From assembly GCA_002269645.1 (NCBI GenBank), contig NIVC01001183.1:124001-188000 (forward strand): a stretch of 64,000 bases of DNA, read 5' to 3'. The DNA comes from Macrostomum lignano. Its lineage: Eukaryota. The position numbers were made by a program, and so were the translations under genes. Each line of letters opens with the position of its first letter. The stretch's first letter is position 1. A model generated the notes under the pieces. The model saw only the letters and a program-made list of their open reading frames with translations. It was not told the DNA's origin and searched no databases. This document shows, piece by piece, positions 37,797-49,634 of this stretch.

Positions 37797-38280
37797 CGCA
37801 AATCTTAGTCTGCACCAAAGGCTGCTGCTTTCGCTTGCCAACACCGCCAACCGTCGACGTAGAGTTGACAGCCTTGAAGTCTCGCTTAAATTCTCCAGAA
37901 TTGGCCTCGTCGTCGAAAGCGCTCTTGCAGCTGCAGTGGCGTCGGCTGTAGAATCCGGGCAGTCGAGATGCCGGCACGGCGGTCAGTCGCCAAGCCCTGG
38001 CGATGGTCGCAGAGTCCGCTCTGGTCATACAGTCGAGTAGGTCGATGAAACGCTTCCTCTGCTGGGCCTTGCGATCGTAATCGTTATTGTCGGCGATTCT
38101 GCATAGCGACAATTTCTGTTCGGTTTCCAGGCATTCGGCACTGATAGCGATGGAGCTTTTCTTGCTGCTGCTACTGCTGGCGCCGGCTTGGGCGAAACGG
38201 ATTCCGCGAACAGCTCCGGATTTGCCAATAAAGCCGCTCTTGCTAGACGAAGCAGTGGCAGTGCTGCTAGCTGATGGCAT
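37797..38280 (-). CDS. Orphan protein A, exon 1 (spliced total about 188 aa)
   Basis: aacaATG at 38280; MPSASSTATASS...RGIRF...VPASRLPGFYSRRHC...QTKIC; G|gtaagt donor, phase 1; GC-rich coding-like codons. Confidence 0.7.
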
Positions 38281-39659
38281 TGTTTGATTGTTGCTTGCTT
38301 TCGATTTAAAGTTTGAACTTTTGGTTAAATTCTCTGGCGAGTAGTTGCACAATATGGCTGTCGAGTTAGCGGACTGTCTGTAGCCAGAGGGGCGTTAAAA
38401 TTGAAGAGCTTGGGCGGGGCAAGAATAACTGGAAAATATGGAGGAAAAGCCGGGACTGGAGGCGCGTGATATAAACCCTGAGGGGGTTGGGGTCCCTTGA
38501 CTGGCAAGCCAGTCTTATTGGCTGCTGCTGACTCAGCCCTCCACCGTTCATCCACCACTAACCCCCCAGCCGGCCCAACCCCCTCAGTGCTTGGGCCCTG
38601 GACAGAGCGGTCGATGAGTCACGTGCCCACTAGGCCTAATTTTTAGAATTAAACCACGCTAGTCAGACAAGCCCAGTCATTCCCAGTAAAACAAAAAGCC
38701 GGCCGGCACGCGCTCTGGTTGGCTCGGGGGGTTGGTTGTGTTCAGAGTTGGGGGGCGGGGGGTAATTGCCCAATTGGTGGGTGTAAAGCTGGAGCAGATT
38801 GTAAATAGGAGGGCCCTCCCTGTATGAATGAAATTAAAGCCAAAACGGGGACTATAATTTTAGTAAAAAATCGTCCGATTAATTACAATACAACTTTTAC
38901 CGTACCATATGCCACTGGAGAGGCTAGTATCCAAATTCGTGTCTCGACTACTGTAACCAACTTTTGGTACGATTAAGTTAAAATTATGTAAATAAATATG
39001 ATTCACTAAGGCTAGTTGTTAGGTTAGGTTAGGTTAAGGTTAGTTCTAACGGCAGTAAATGGTGGTGATAACGTTATCAGAAATAGGCTAAGCTGGCTCA
39101 ACCAGTAACAAGTTTTATTGCTCTATTGCTCTGTCGCACAGATAAATCGGGATGAATCAGCAGTTCGTTTTGCCGCCCAGTCCCAACAACCCCTCCTGGC
39201 CTGGCCCCCTTCCGTGTGGAGAGGGCCCTGTTGTATCCAAGGCCCCTTCCTTCAGACTTCCACAGCGGGGGTTTAGCGATAGCGAACAACAAAATGGCCT
39301 TGCCATAGCAACCGAGTCAGTGCTGCGGCTGTTTGAATATAAATTTTAGGCCGCCTTAGCAAATGCAAGCCTCAGCAACATGCTTCATCCTGTCTAAATA
39401 ACAAAGACTTGCGTGGATTGGTGTAATGGATTGATTGAAAGGGCTTATGTAAGCTAAGACGACTAATACAATTGTTGCCAACCATGAAAATAAAGACGTG
39501 CATAGGATCGGCATAGAGACAAGATGGCACCATATACAATATACAAGGCCAAGCATAAGACAGAAGACAGCAGAAGTTTCATAATTGTCTTATTGCCGTG
39601 CTGTCTGTCCGGGGCTTGCATGGGTGCAGCAAAACAATGGAAATCGGGTGCTCGGGTGA

Positions 39660-40790
39660 AGGGGTGAGAGAAACGGAGCGAAAGGGTGAGAGAAATCAAG
39701 AGGAATAAGAAAAACTAAGAGAAGGGGTGAGAGAAAGCAATTGAGAAGGGTGAGAGAAAGCAAGAGAAGGGTGAGAGAAAGCAAGAGAAGGGTGAGAGAA
39801 AGCAAGAGAAAGGTGAGAGAAAGCAAAAAAGGTGAGAGAAAGCAAGAGGAATGGGAAAAACTAAGAGAAGGGGTGAGAGAAAGCAAGAGAAGGGTGAGAG
39901 AAAGCAATTGAGAAGGGTGAGAGAAAGCAAGAGAAGGGTGAGAGAAAGCAATTGAGAAGGGTGAGAGAAAGCAATTGAGAAGGGTGAGAGAAAGCAAGAG
40001 AAGGGTGAGAGAAAGCAATTGAGAAGGGTGAGAGAAAGCAATTGAGAAGGGTGAGAGAAAGCAAGAGAAGGGTGAGAGAAAGCAAGAGAAGGGTGAGAGA
40101 AAGCAATTGAGAAGGGTGAGAGAAAGCAATTGAGAAGGGTGAGAGAAAGCAAGAGAAGGGTGAGAGAAAGCAATTGAGAAGGGTGAGAGAAAGCAAGAGA
40201 AGGGTGAGAGAAAGCAAGAGAAGGGTGAGAGAAAGCAATTGAGAAGGGTGAGAGAAAGCAAGAGAAGGGTGAGAGAAAGCAATTGAGAAGGGTGAGAGAA
40301 AGCAATTGAGAAGGGTGAGAGAAAGCAAGAGAAGGGTGAGAGAAAGCAAGAGAAGGGTGAGAGAAAGCAATTGAGAAGGGTGAGAGAAAGCAATTGAGAA
40401 GGGTGAGAGAAAGCAAGAGAAGGGTGAGAGAAAGCAAGAGAAGGGTGAGAGAAAGCAAGAGAATGGTGAGAGAAAGCAATTGAGAAGGGTGAGAGAAGGC
40501 AAGAGAAGGGTGAGAGAAGGCAAGAGAAGGGTGAGAGAAAGCAAGAGAAGGGTGAGAGAAAGCAAGAAAGGTGAGAGAAAGCAAGAAAGGTGAGAGAAAG
40601 CAAGAGAAGGGTGAGAGAAAGCAAGAAAGGTGAGAGAAAGCAAGAGAAGGGTGAGAGAAAGCAAGAAAGGTGAGAGAAAGCAAGAGGAATGAGAAAAACT
40701 AAGAGAAGGGGTGAGAGAAAGCAATTGAGAAGGGTGAGAGAAAGCAAGAGAAGGGTGAGAGAAAGCAAGAGAAGGGGTGAGAAACTGAAC
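39660..40790. repeat. 21/23-bp purine-rich minisatellite
   Basis: Unit GAGAAGGGTGAGAGAAAGCAA(TT). Confidence 0.95.
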
Positions 40791-41674
40791 CAATTAAGGG
40801 GTGAGAACGTAAGACCAGGTGTGAGAGAATCGTTAATCCTGCAAAGCTAGCCCGGTCATTTTATCTATTTTTTAACTATAGTAATTAAACAAATGATAAC
40901 AGATCAAATTCAATATATGAAAGTAGAATTAGGAAATTCTAAGAAAGAAAACCCCTATATGTATACACAATTATAACATTTTAAAATTAGGCAAGATTGT
41001 TAATTCACCCCGCTGCTGGTATTTGTGCGGGCTGGGGCTTAGCTCAGCATGCAACGTTACATGATCATTGGTTGAATTGCGCAATACGACCCGCGATAGC
41101 GTATACGAGCAGAAATTCGTTAAGCAGAAGCAGAACGAGAAGCAAGCATGCAGGCCCCCGCATCCAGATCCAGATGGAATTCGGAGCGAGTGCATGCCCC
41201 GATTCTGCATGGTTTGGATATTTAATTTCAGAAATTTCAGCTTATAATACACCTATATGCGGGTTGAGTGTGTCCGCGGGGACAGTGCCAGCAGCAGCAT
41301 TACGTCATCATGGGTTTGAGTCCTCTCCTCGATGAACACCTGCCACAGACCACAGTTTGCCGGCGCTGCTGCGCAACTGCCTCCAGAGTCCAACTTGGCT
41401 TGGGGTCAGGGGGTGTTATAAATGTTTAAAACTGTGTCAGTCTGCAACTGCAACCAATGGCAGCTATGTATTAGAAATTCTATTTAGACACTCGTGATCC
41501 CGATTTTTGAATTCTCACTTTATTGCTGACCTTCTATCATTTCTACTGCTATCCATCACTGGTCTCTCACTCCCCGTCCCTTATCTCCGTTTCACACCTT
41601 CGCGAGTCCACTTCCTAACTCTGCTCTAGTCTAAGCTTTATTTAATTTAGCTGTTTTATAATCCTATACCAGTC

Positions 41675-42620
41675 CTCTCCCCCTCCCTCCTCCCTCTCCC
41701 TGCACCTCTGCGTCACTCGCCTCTCCATCTCCTTCTCCCTCTCCTTCTCCCTCTCCTTCTCCCTCTCCTTCTCCCTCTCCTTCTTCCTCTCCTTCTCCCT
41801 CTCCTTCTCCCTCTCCTTCTCCCTCTCCTTCTCCCTCTCCTTCTCCCTCTCCTTCTTCCTCTCCTTCTCCCTCTCCTTCTTCCTCTCCTTCTCCCTCTCC
41901 TTCTCCCTCTCCTTCTCCCTCTCCTTCTTCCTCTCCTTCTCCCTCTCCTTCTTCCTCTCCTTCTTCCTCTCCTTCTTCCTCTCCTTCTCCCTCTCCTTCT
42001 TCCTCTCCTTCTTCCTCTCCTTCTCCCTCTCCTTCTCCCTCTCCTTCTTCCTCTCCTTCTCCCTCTCCTTCTTCCTCTCCTTCTTCCTCTCCTTCTCCCT
42101 CTCCTTCTTCCTCTCCTTCTTCCTCTCCTTCTCCCTCTCCTTCTTCCTCTCCTTCTCCCTCTCCTTCTCCCTCTCCTTCTCCCTCTCCTTCTCCCTCTCC
42201 TTCTCCCTCTCCTTCTCCCTCTCCATCTCCCTCTCCTCTTCCCTCTCCTTCTCCCTCTAGTCCTCTCCCTCTCCTTCTCCCTCTCCTTCTTCCTCTCCTT
42301 CTTCCTCTCCTTCTCCCTCTAGTCCTCTCCCTCTCCATCTTCCTCTCCTTCTCCCTCTCCTTCTCCCTCTCCTTCTCCCTCTCCTTCTCCCTCTCCTTCT
42401 CCCTCTCCTTCTCCCTCTCCATCTCCCTCTCCTCTTCCCTCTCCTTCTCCCTCTAGTCCTCTCCCTCTCCTTCTCCCTCTCCTTCTCCCTCTCCCTCTCC
42501 TTCTCCCTCTCCTTCTCCCTCTAGTCCTCTCCCTCTCCATCTCCCTCTCCTCTTCCTTCTATCGTCCCCCTTTTACCTCTCCTCATCCCCTCTCCCTCTC
42601 CTCTCTCCCTTCTCCATCTC
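41675..42620. repeat. Polypyrimidine 12-bp satellite
   Basis: Unit CTCTCCTTCTYC. Confidence 0.95.
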
Positions 42621-43254
42621 GTACTCCCTCTGACTGCTCTCAGATTCAGCATTCACCGCGCGTATATCAATTTTATTTTAGTAATAAGCTACAATACTTC
42701 AAAGCAACTTGAATTGCGTAAAGGCTGCCTCATGCAAAAAAGCTGAGTGTAAAATATTGATAATTTGATATTTACCCTCTCGGTTGCCTATATCAGTGTC
42801 CAAATACCAGTTCGTTCGCACGCAAATTGCCCATTCTCTATATTATTGTACTATAACAGCGATAACAGCGTGTGAAGTATCAAAATGTACTGGGGAGACA
42901 TGCTGAATAGCCAGATTGGATTGACAGGTCTGAAATCCGATATACCAGTCAGTTGGTGTTATACGTACCGGTATACGAGTATATGGTAGCAATCTTGGGA
43001 AATTCTACACTTCAAAGCAGGCAAGTTATATACCTAGCCTAAAAACTTTTTATACAGCCTGAAGCGGGGGATCTGGCAGGACAGACTTTCACATTGCTTC
43101 TTTGATTGATTTATTTATTTATTTATTAATTACGGAAGCTATTTTTTCTTATGTAAATGTAGGTTGGGAGGCTATAGGCAAGGTCTTGTAACTGAGAGTT
43201 AAAAAATATCAGTCAAGCGACGTGAGGTTAACGGGCAAAAAAGTAGGTAAGCGG

Positions 43255-44380
43255 TGAGAGAAGGGGAGAGAAAGAGAGAGGGGGAGAGAAGGGGGAGAGA
43301 AGGGGGAGAGAGGGGGAAGGGGGAGAGAAGAGACAGAGGGGGAGAGAGGGGAGAGAGGGGGAGAGAAGGGGATAGGGGGAGAGAAGGGGATAGGGGGAGA
43401 GAAGGGAGAGAAGGGGAGAGGGGGAGATAGGGGGAGAGAAGGGGAGAGAAGGGGAGAGAAGGGGAGAGGGGGAGATAGGGGGAGAGAAGGGGAGAGAAGG
43501 GAAGAGAAGGGGAGAGAAGGGGAGAGAAGGGAGAGAAAGGGAGAGAAGGGGAGAGAAGGGAGAGAAAGGGAGAGAAGGGGAGAGAAAGAGAGAGGGGGAG
43601 AGAAGGGGAGAGAAGGGGAGAGAGGGGGAAAGGGGAGAGAAGGGGACAGAAGGGGAGAGAAGAGAGAGAGGGGGAGAGAGGGGAGAGGGGGAGAGAAGGG
43701 GATAGGGGGAGAGAAGGGAGAGAAGGGAGAGAAGGGGAGAGGGGGAGAGAGGGGGAGAGAAGGGGAGAGAAGGGGAGAGAAGGGGAGAGAAGAGAGAGAA
43801 GGGGAGAAGGGGAGAGAGGGGGAGAGAAGGGGATAGGGGGAGAGAAGGGAGAGAAGGGGAGAGGGGGAGAGAAGGGGAGAGAAGGGAGAGAAGGGAGAGA
43901 AGGGAGAGAAGGGGAGAGAAGGGGGAGAAGGGAGAGAAGGGAGAGAAAGGGAGAGAAAGGGAGAGAAAGGGAGAGAAGAAGAGAGAAAGGGAGAGAAGAA
44001 GAGAGAAAGGGAGAGAAGGGGGAGAGAAAGGGAGAGAAAGGGAGAGAAGGGAGAGAAGGGAGAGAAGGGAGAGAAGGGAGAGAAGGGAGAGAAGGGAGAG
44101 AAGGGAGAGAAGGGAGAGAAAGGGAGAGAAAGGGAGAGAAGAAGAGAGAAAGGGAGAGAAGAAGAGAGAAAGGGAGAGAAGGGGAGAGAAAGGGAGAGAA
44201 GGGACAGAAGGGAGAGAAAGGGAGAGAAGAAGAGAGAAAGGGAGAGAACGGGGAGAGAAAGGGAGAGAAGAAGAGAGAAAGGGAGAGAAGGGGGAGAGAA
44301 AGGGAGAGAAGAAGAGAGAAAGGGAGAGAGGGGGAGATAAAGGGAGAGAAAGGGAGAGAAGGGGAGAAAAGGGAGAGAAT
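43255..44380. repeat. Polypurine satellite of about 10-bp units
   Basis: Unit AGGGAGAGAA and variants. Confidence 0.95.
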
Positions 44381-44663
44381 GGGTTGATTAAATGGAAAGC
44401 CCACTCAAGTTAGATTTACAATATTATAATTTCACAACAATATGCCGTCGAATTACTCACGCTAATCATACTGCTAACAGTAGAGTACTACGAGTCCCGA
44501 TTTATTTTTAGCAAGAGCAGAAGTTTACGAATTTTATATTTCTTGTACAAAATAGTAATTTTTTACATAAGATAAGCATAAACGGTAAAAGAATTTCAAA
44601 CGGACACTGGACGCCGTTTTCGATGCGTTACTTGTCTGTTCTTTCGTTTATTCGTGCAGCATA

Positions 44664-44710
44664 CTACTTTCTTCTGCGGCTGGCTTTGGTCTGCGGGAGA
44701 TTTGTGAGAT
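44664..44710 (-). CDS. Orphan protein B, last exon
   Basis: ttactgcaattttag|AT acceptor; G|AT = Asp, then LTNLPQTKASRRRK*; AATAAA at 44652-44647, just after the stop. Confidence 0.6.
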
Positions 44711-44756
44711 CTAAAATTGCAGTAAGGTTCACAAACACAGACCGGTAGTACGGTGG

Positions 44757-46195
44757 ATGAAGGAAACAGCAGCTCATAGATGAAGGGAACAGCAGCTCAT
44801 AGATGAAGGGAACAGCAGCTCATAGATGAAGGGAACAGCAGCTCAAAGATGAAGGGAACAGCAGCTGATAGATGAAGGGGACAGCAGCTGATAGATGAAG
44901 GGAACAGCAGCTCATAGATGAAGGGAACAGCAGCTCAAAGATGAAGGGAATAGCAGCTGATAGATGAAGGGAACAGCAGCTGATAGATGAAGGGAGGAGC
45001 AGCTGATAGATGAAGGGAACAGCAGCTGATGAAGGGAGGAGCAGCTGATAGATGAAGGGAGGAGCAGCTCATAGATGAGGGAGGAGCAGCTGATAGATGA
45101 GGGAGGAGCAGCTGATAGATGAAGGGAGGAGCAGCTCAAAGATGAGGGAGGAGCAGCTGATAGATGAAGGGAGGAGCAGCTCAAAGATAAGGGAGGAGCA
45201 GCTGATAGATGAAGGGAGGAGCAGCTGATAGATGAAGGGGACAGCAGCTGATAGATGAAGGGAGGAGCAGCTGATAGATGAAGGGAGGAGCAGCTGATAG
45301 ATGAAGGGAACAGAAGCTGATAGATGAAGGGGACAGCAGCTGATAGATGAAGGGAGGAGCAGCTGATAGATGAAGGGAACAGAAGCTGATAGATGAAGGG
45401 AGGAGCAGCTGATAGATGAAGGGGACAGCAGCTGATAGATGAAGGGAACAGCAGCTGATGAAGGGAGGAGCAGCTGATAGATGAAGGGAACAGCAGCTGA
45501 TAGATGAAGGGAACAGCAGCTGATGAAGGGAGGAGCAGCTGATAGATGAAGGGGACAGAAGCTGATAGATGAAGGGAGGAGCAGCTGATAGATGAAGGGA
45601 GGAGCAGCTGATAGATGAAGGGGACAGCAGCTGATAGATGAAGGGAACAGCAGCTGATGAAGGGAGGAGCAGCTGATAGATGAAGGGAGGAGCAGCTGAT
45701 AGATGAAGGGAACAGCAGCTGATAGATGAAGGGAGGAGCAGCTGATAGATGAAGGGAGGAGCAGCTGATAGATGAAGGGAACAGCAGCTGATAGATGAAG
45801 GGAACAGCAGCTGATGAAGGGAGGAGCAGCTGATAGATGAAGGGGACAGCAGCTGATAGATGAAGGGAGGAGCAGCTGATAGATGAAGGGAGGAGCAGCT
45901 GATAGATGAAGGGGACAGCAGCTGATAGATGAAGGGAACAGCAGCTGATGAAGGGGACAGCAGCTGATAGATGAAGGGAACAGCAGCTGATGAAGGGAAC
46001 AGCAGCTGATGAAGGGAGGAGCAGCTGATAGATGAAGGGAGGAGCAGCTGATAGATGAAGGGAACAGCAGCTGATAGATGAAGGGAGGAGCAGCTGATAG
46101 ATGAAGGGAGGAGCAGCTGATAGATGAAGGGAGGAGCAGCTGATAGATGAAGGGAACAGCAGCTGATGAAGGGAGGAGCAGCTGATAGATGAAAG
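44757..46195. repeat. 20-23-bp minisatellite filling the orphan B intron
   Basis: Unit GATAGATGAAGGGARSAGCAGCT. Confidence 0.95.
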
Positions 46196-46211
46196 CAGAT
46201 TAAAGACTCAC

Positions 46212-46611
46212 CGCTCACTCTGCCAGCCTGCCACCACCGCATGCCGCGCTGTCGCTTTGTCGCCGCCGCCGCCGCCGCCGCCGCCGCCCGGACGCGCAGG
46301 CCGACCTGACGCGAATAAAACTCCGGCAGGCAGACGGCGGGCAGTGGACGCGGCCGGAGGGCAGCCAGTCGTCCCGACGATGCCTCAGCGTTGACAACGG
46401 AGGCGGCGGCCGCGGCGGCTGCCACGGTGGATCGCTGGGTGGATTGTACCGAGAATTCGATGCGACGCCGAGCACTCCTGCCTTCTGGCCCAGCCGGTCT
46501 GGCTGCGGTTTCTTGGAAAACGACAGTTCGAGAATTCGGCGCTGCCGGACTAGCGTCGGTTTCTTGGAAAGTATGTTTTCGCCGCGAGATTGGGAGTGTT
46601 TGGTCCTTCAT
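46212..46611 (-). CDS. Orphan protein B, main exon (spliced total about 148 aa from this ATG)
   Basis: cccag|cATG; MKDQTLP...RTVVF...RRIEF...LPAVCLPEFYSRQ...; G|gtgagt donor, phase 1. Confidence 0.7.
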
Positions 46612-46904
46612 GCTGGGATATTTTCAAAATGAGCAGTTAATCTCAATTGCCAAGCCAGCCCCACTCGAGTTCGGCCCCACCTTATATTCTCAGGGCCATC
46701 ATGGCAGCGGCTGGCCCTCCTGGGCTGCTCAGTTTTCCATCTCTCCTCCTCTCTGACCCCCAGCTGTCAAGTTTTCTCACTTTCAATTGGTCCGCGCGGC
46801 GTGAATGAATCTCTGGGTGAAAAAAATGAATGAGGCAAGGAGATCTGGAATTAGATTTTTGGAGTAGCAGCTGGACCCCCTCACCCGTGCCTGGCTGCAC
46901 TATA

Positions 46905-47260
46905 ATAACAACAAAAAGAAAACAAAAACAACAATAACGGCAACGGAAATAACAACAAGAAAGACAACAACAAAAGTAACAAAAACAATAACAGCCGCAA
47001 TAAAAACAACAACAGCACCAGCAATAGAAACAACAATAACAGCAACAACAGCAACAATAACAGCAATAACAACAACAACAACAGCAATAACAACAAAAAC
47101 AACAGCAATCACAACAACAATAACAGCAATAACAACAACAGCAGCAATAACAACAACAAAAACAGCAGCAACAACAACAACAGCAATAACAACAAAAACA
47201 GCAACAACAACAACAACAACAACAACAACAGCAGCAGCAGCAACAACAACAACAACAGCA
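46905..47260. repeat. Cryptic (AAC/AGC/AAT)n trinucleotide tract
   Basis: Mixed AAC, AGC and AAT triplets. Confidence 0.9.
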
Positions 47261-47271
47261 CTAACACCCAC

Positions 47272-47387
47272 GTAGCGCTGGAGTGCGCCAAGATGGAAAA
47301 GACCCGCCGCACCCTCGGTATCACGTGCCTCGCAGACCTGTGCAGCAGCCCCAACGCCGGTCGAAAACTTTGGGCGGAGTTTACGAG
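47272..47387 (-). other. Candidate upstream exon of orphan B (5'UTR or coding)
   Basis: Strong pyrimidine acceptor ctctctaactctttccttag|, donor AC|gtgggt; 116 nt, open and frame-compatible with the cag|C ATG acceptor at 46612. Confidence 0.35.
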
Positions 47388-48164
47388 CTAAGGAAAGAGT
47401 TAGAGAGGTGGATGGAGCGACTTCCCAGTTTGCTAAAAACTAAACTAAAACAACAACAGCAACAACTCCGGCTGTTGGGCAGTACGGACTCGGTGCGATT
47501 AATGCGGCCTGCAATCTGGAGTGGCCGACGGTGCTACAGGCCTCTTAAACGGGTCCGTCTCCGAGCAGGCCAACAGGTTTGAACCGAATAAAAAATTGAA
47601 CTAAGTGTAATCATTTGAAAAATTCAAAACGTTTTTGCTTTCAAGAAAACTACTGACGCAGTTGAGCAGCGGCATTGAGAATGAGTTTTTCCAACTCCAT
47701 ATCCTGGATCAAGATCTCCTTGAATGGGTTTGGGTCAGCTTTCAATTGGCGCTAATTGGGGAACAAAGAGTGCGGCGCAATATGTTTCACCTATGAGTTT
47801 TTATATTAAGCTTTCGAAAGTAGTTGCAGCTAACAGAATTTTTGACTATAGAGATCATTAGCTCCCGCTGTTGCCCCTCTAAGTAGGAAATACTCCCAGG
47901 AGGCCACAGCTGCTAGTGTAGGACAATCATAATATGAAGCTTGCAATAAAATCCTTTGTAACTAATTTTAAGGGCCCTTAATTTCAGCAATATATTTCTG
48001 CACAGGTGTTTCTGGCTTTCAATTTCAACTTCTACTGTATTTCGTCACCAACGTTAATTAATTAAAAATCTCTGTTCTCTTCTCTCCCATCTCCCATCCC
48101 ACCTCATATCTCATATATCGCTTATCATCTCCTCTCTATTCCTTCTCCTTTCCTCTTCTATCTG

Positions 48165-48484
48165 GGGGTTGTAGCCTAGTAGTCAGAGCGTCGAACTCAC
48201 GACTTAAAGGTCGGGGGTTCGATTCCTCATCCCACTAGGAACAATTTGTGTCCTTGAGCAAGACGCTTAACTCTGCATTGCTTCAGTTCACCCAGCTGTA
48301 AAATGGGTGCCAGCATTAGCTGGGGTAATGGAGGGTAATTGAGGATGTGTGTCGACCCCCCCCCCCCCAGTCCTTGGACTGAACAGCCGTACGCAGCCTT
48401 CAGATGCGCCTCTCAATAGCTGCGGCTGAGCTGTCGGTTGCACATCTGCCTATTAGGGCAGGTGTAATCAATTATTATTATTAT
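48165..48484 (+). mobile_element. tRNA-derived SINE with CORE-like central domain and (TTA)n tail
   Basis: A box TAGCCTAGTAG (48172), B box GGTTCGATTCC (48216), then GTGTCCTTGAGCAAGACGCTTAAC...CAGCTGTAAAATGGG (48248-48307) resembling the MIR/CORE consensus; ends ATTATTATTATTAT. Confidence 0.75.
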
Positions 48485-49634
48485 ATTAATTATTCAATTA
48501 CGAGTAATTAATCATGGCTACAATTGCACTAATTTGTAATTTAGATTGATTCAAATGGTAAACGAGGTACTCGTACCCATATTTATAATGAGATTTTAAT
48601 AAATAAGCTTTTAATATAAAATATTATTTTATGAAAGAAAAATAAAATATGTTGGGTGACCTCACGTAGCCTCCAAATATCCGGAATGAAACAATCTGCC
48701 GACTGCACACCAACACTATGCTAATCCCCTAGCAACTCCGCCGCGACAGCCGCCACATGCAGGCAAACAAACCAATTTTAATAAGCGCGAAATTCTTCCC
48801 CTCTCAACAAAAAACTCCTCCACAGTCTCCGCAACACGCGCGCGCGCGGTCGGATTTTTGAGTATAAATAAATTAAGCAAAAATTCAATATCACGAGATC
48901 ACTTGAGCAGGCGCCCCGACACCCCAACCGGAAAACTATAAAAGACTGTATACAAAGGTGTACGTGTGGGGTCATCTATCCAACATACACAATGTATAGA
49001 TAATCTTGCACTTTGACCTTTAGGAATCCAAACTTGCCTCTCCCTTTCTCTCAACCAGGTTCATCAAAATTTACCCACAGATTTGCCACCTGGTTCTACG
49101 CAGACACCCAGCCAGACAAAATAGAAATTTCTAGGAAAGCTCTAGGGTTTTTGATGGAGCTGGTAACAAAACCCACAGATTTGCTGAAGGAATCTGCTGT
49201 GTAGATTTTCAATTAAAAAGTGAGCACAACCGTTTGTTCTCTGCGGCTTGATGTAAAAAAGATTAAGGCCGCCTCCGCTTTTAGCAAACTTTTTTTTCTG
49301 GAACCAGAGTGCAGACCGCCTCCGCATCTAAAGGTCGGTCTGTAGCCTCATCTCGGCAAGACTGCTCCGCTTTCCCATCGCTCGCTCGATCAACAGCCGA
49401 CGCTGTTCTCATGGCCTCTCTTTAAAAAAGCACGCAGAAGATTTACGAGACAGCGCTTCCAACTTCTGGGATTGTGGGAACCGTGGGAATTAAGCCCGGG
49501 ATCCCCCAAGTCACCTGGCCAACAAGATTATGTGAGCAATCTAAATTAGCAATATTTTGCATAGCCTAACTTTCACAATGCTTGAAATTACTATGCCAAA
49601 CATTTTCTTATAAAATTGACTGTTTGACGTTAGG

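Noticed and set aside
39014-39045. TTAGG x3 telomere-like repeat
   Set aside because: Only three units, internal and not TTAGGG; too short to call.
41642-44404. ER/EG-rich and SP-rich ORFs
   Set aside because: Purine/pyrimidine satellites, open in multiple frames, with no codon structure.
46881-47271. Poly-Leu/poly-Val/poly-Asn ORFs suggesting a membrane or prion-like protein
   Set aside because: Triplet microsatellite; the Asn frame has TAA TAA upstream and no start; it follows a plausible donor site.
48165-48240. tRNA gene
   Set aside because: A and B boxes are present but acceptor and anticodon stems are degenerate, and the sequence continues into a SINE body and tail.
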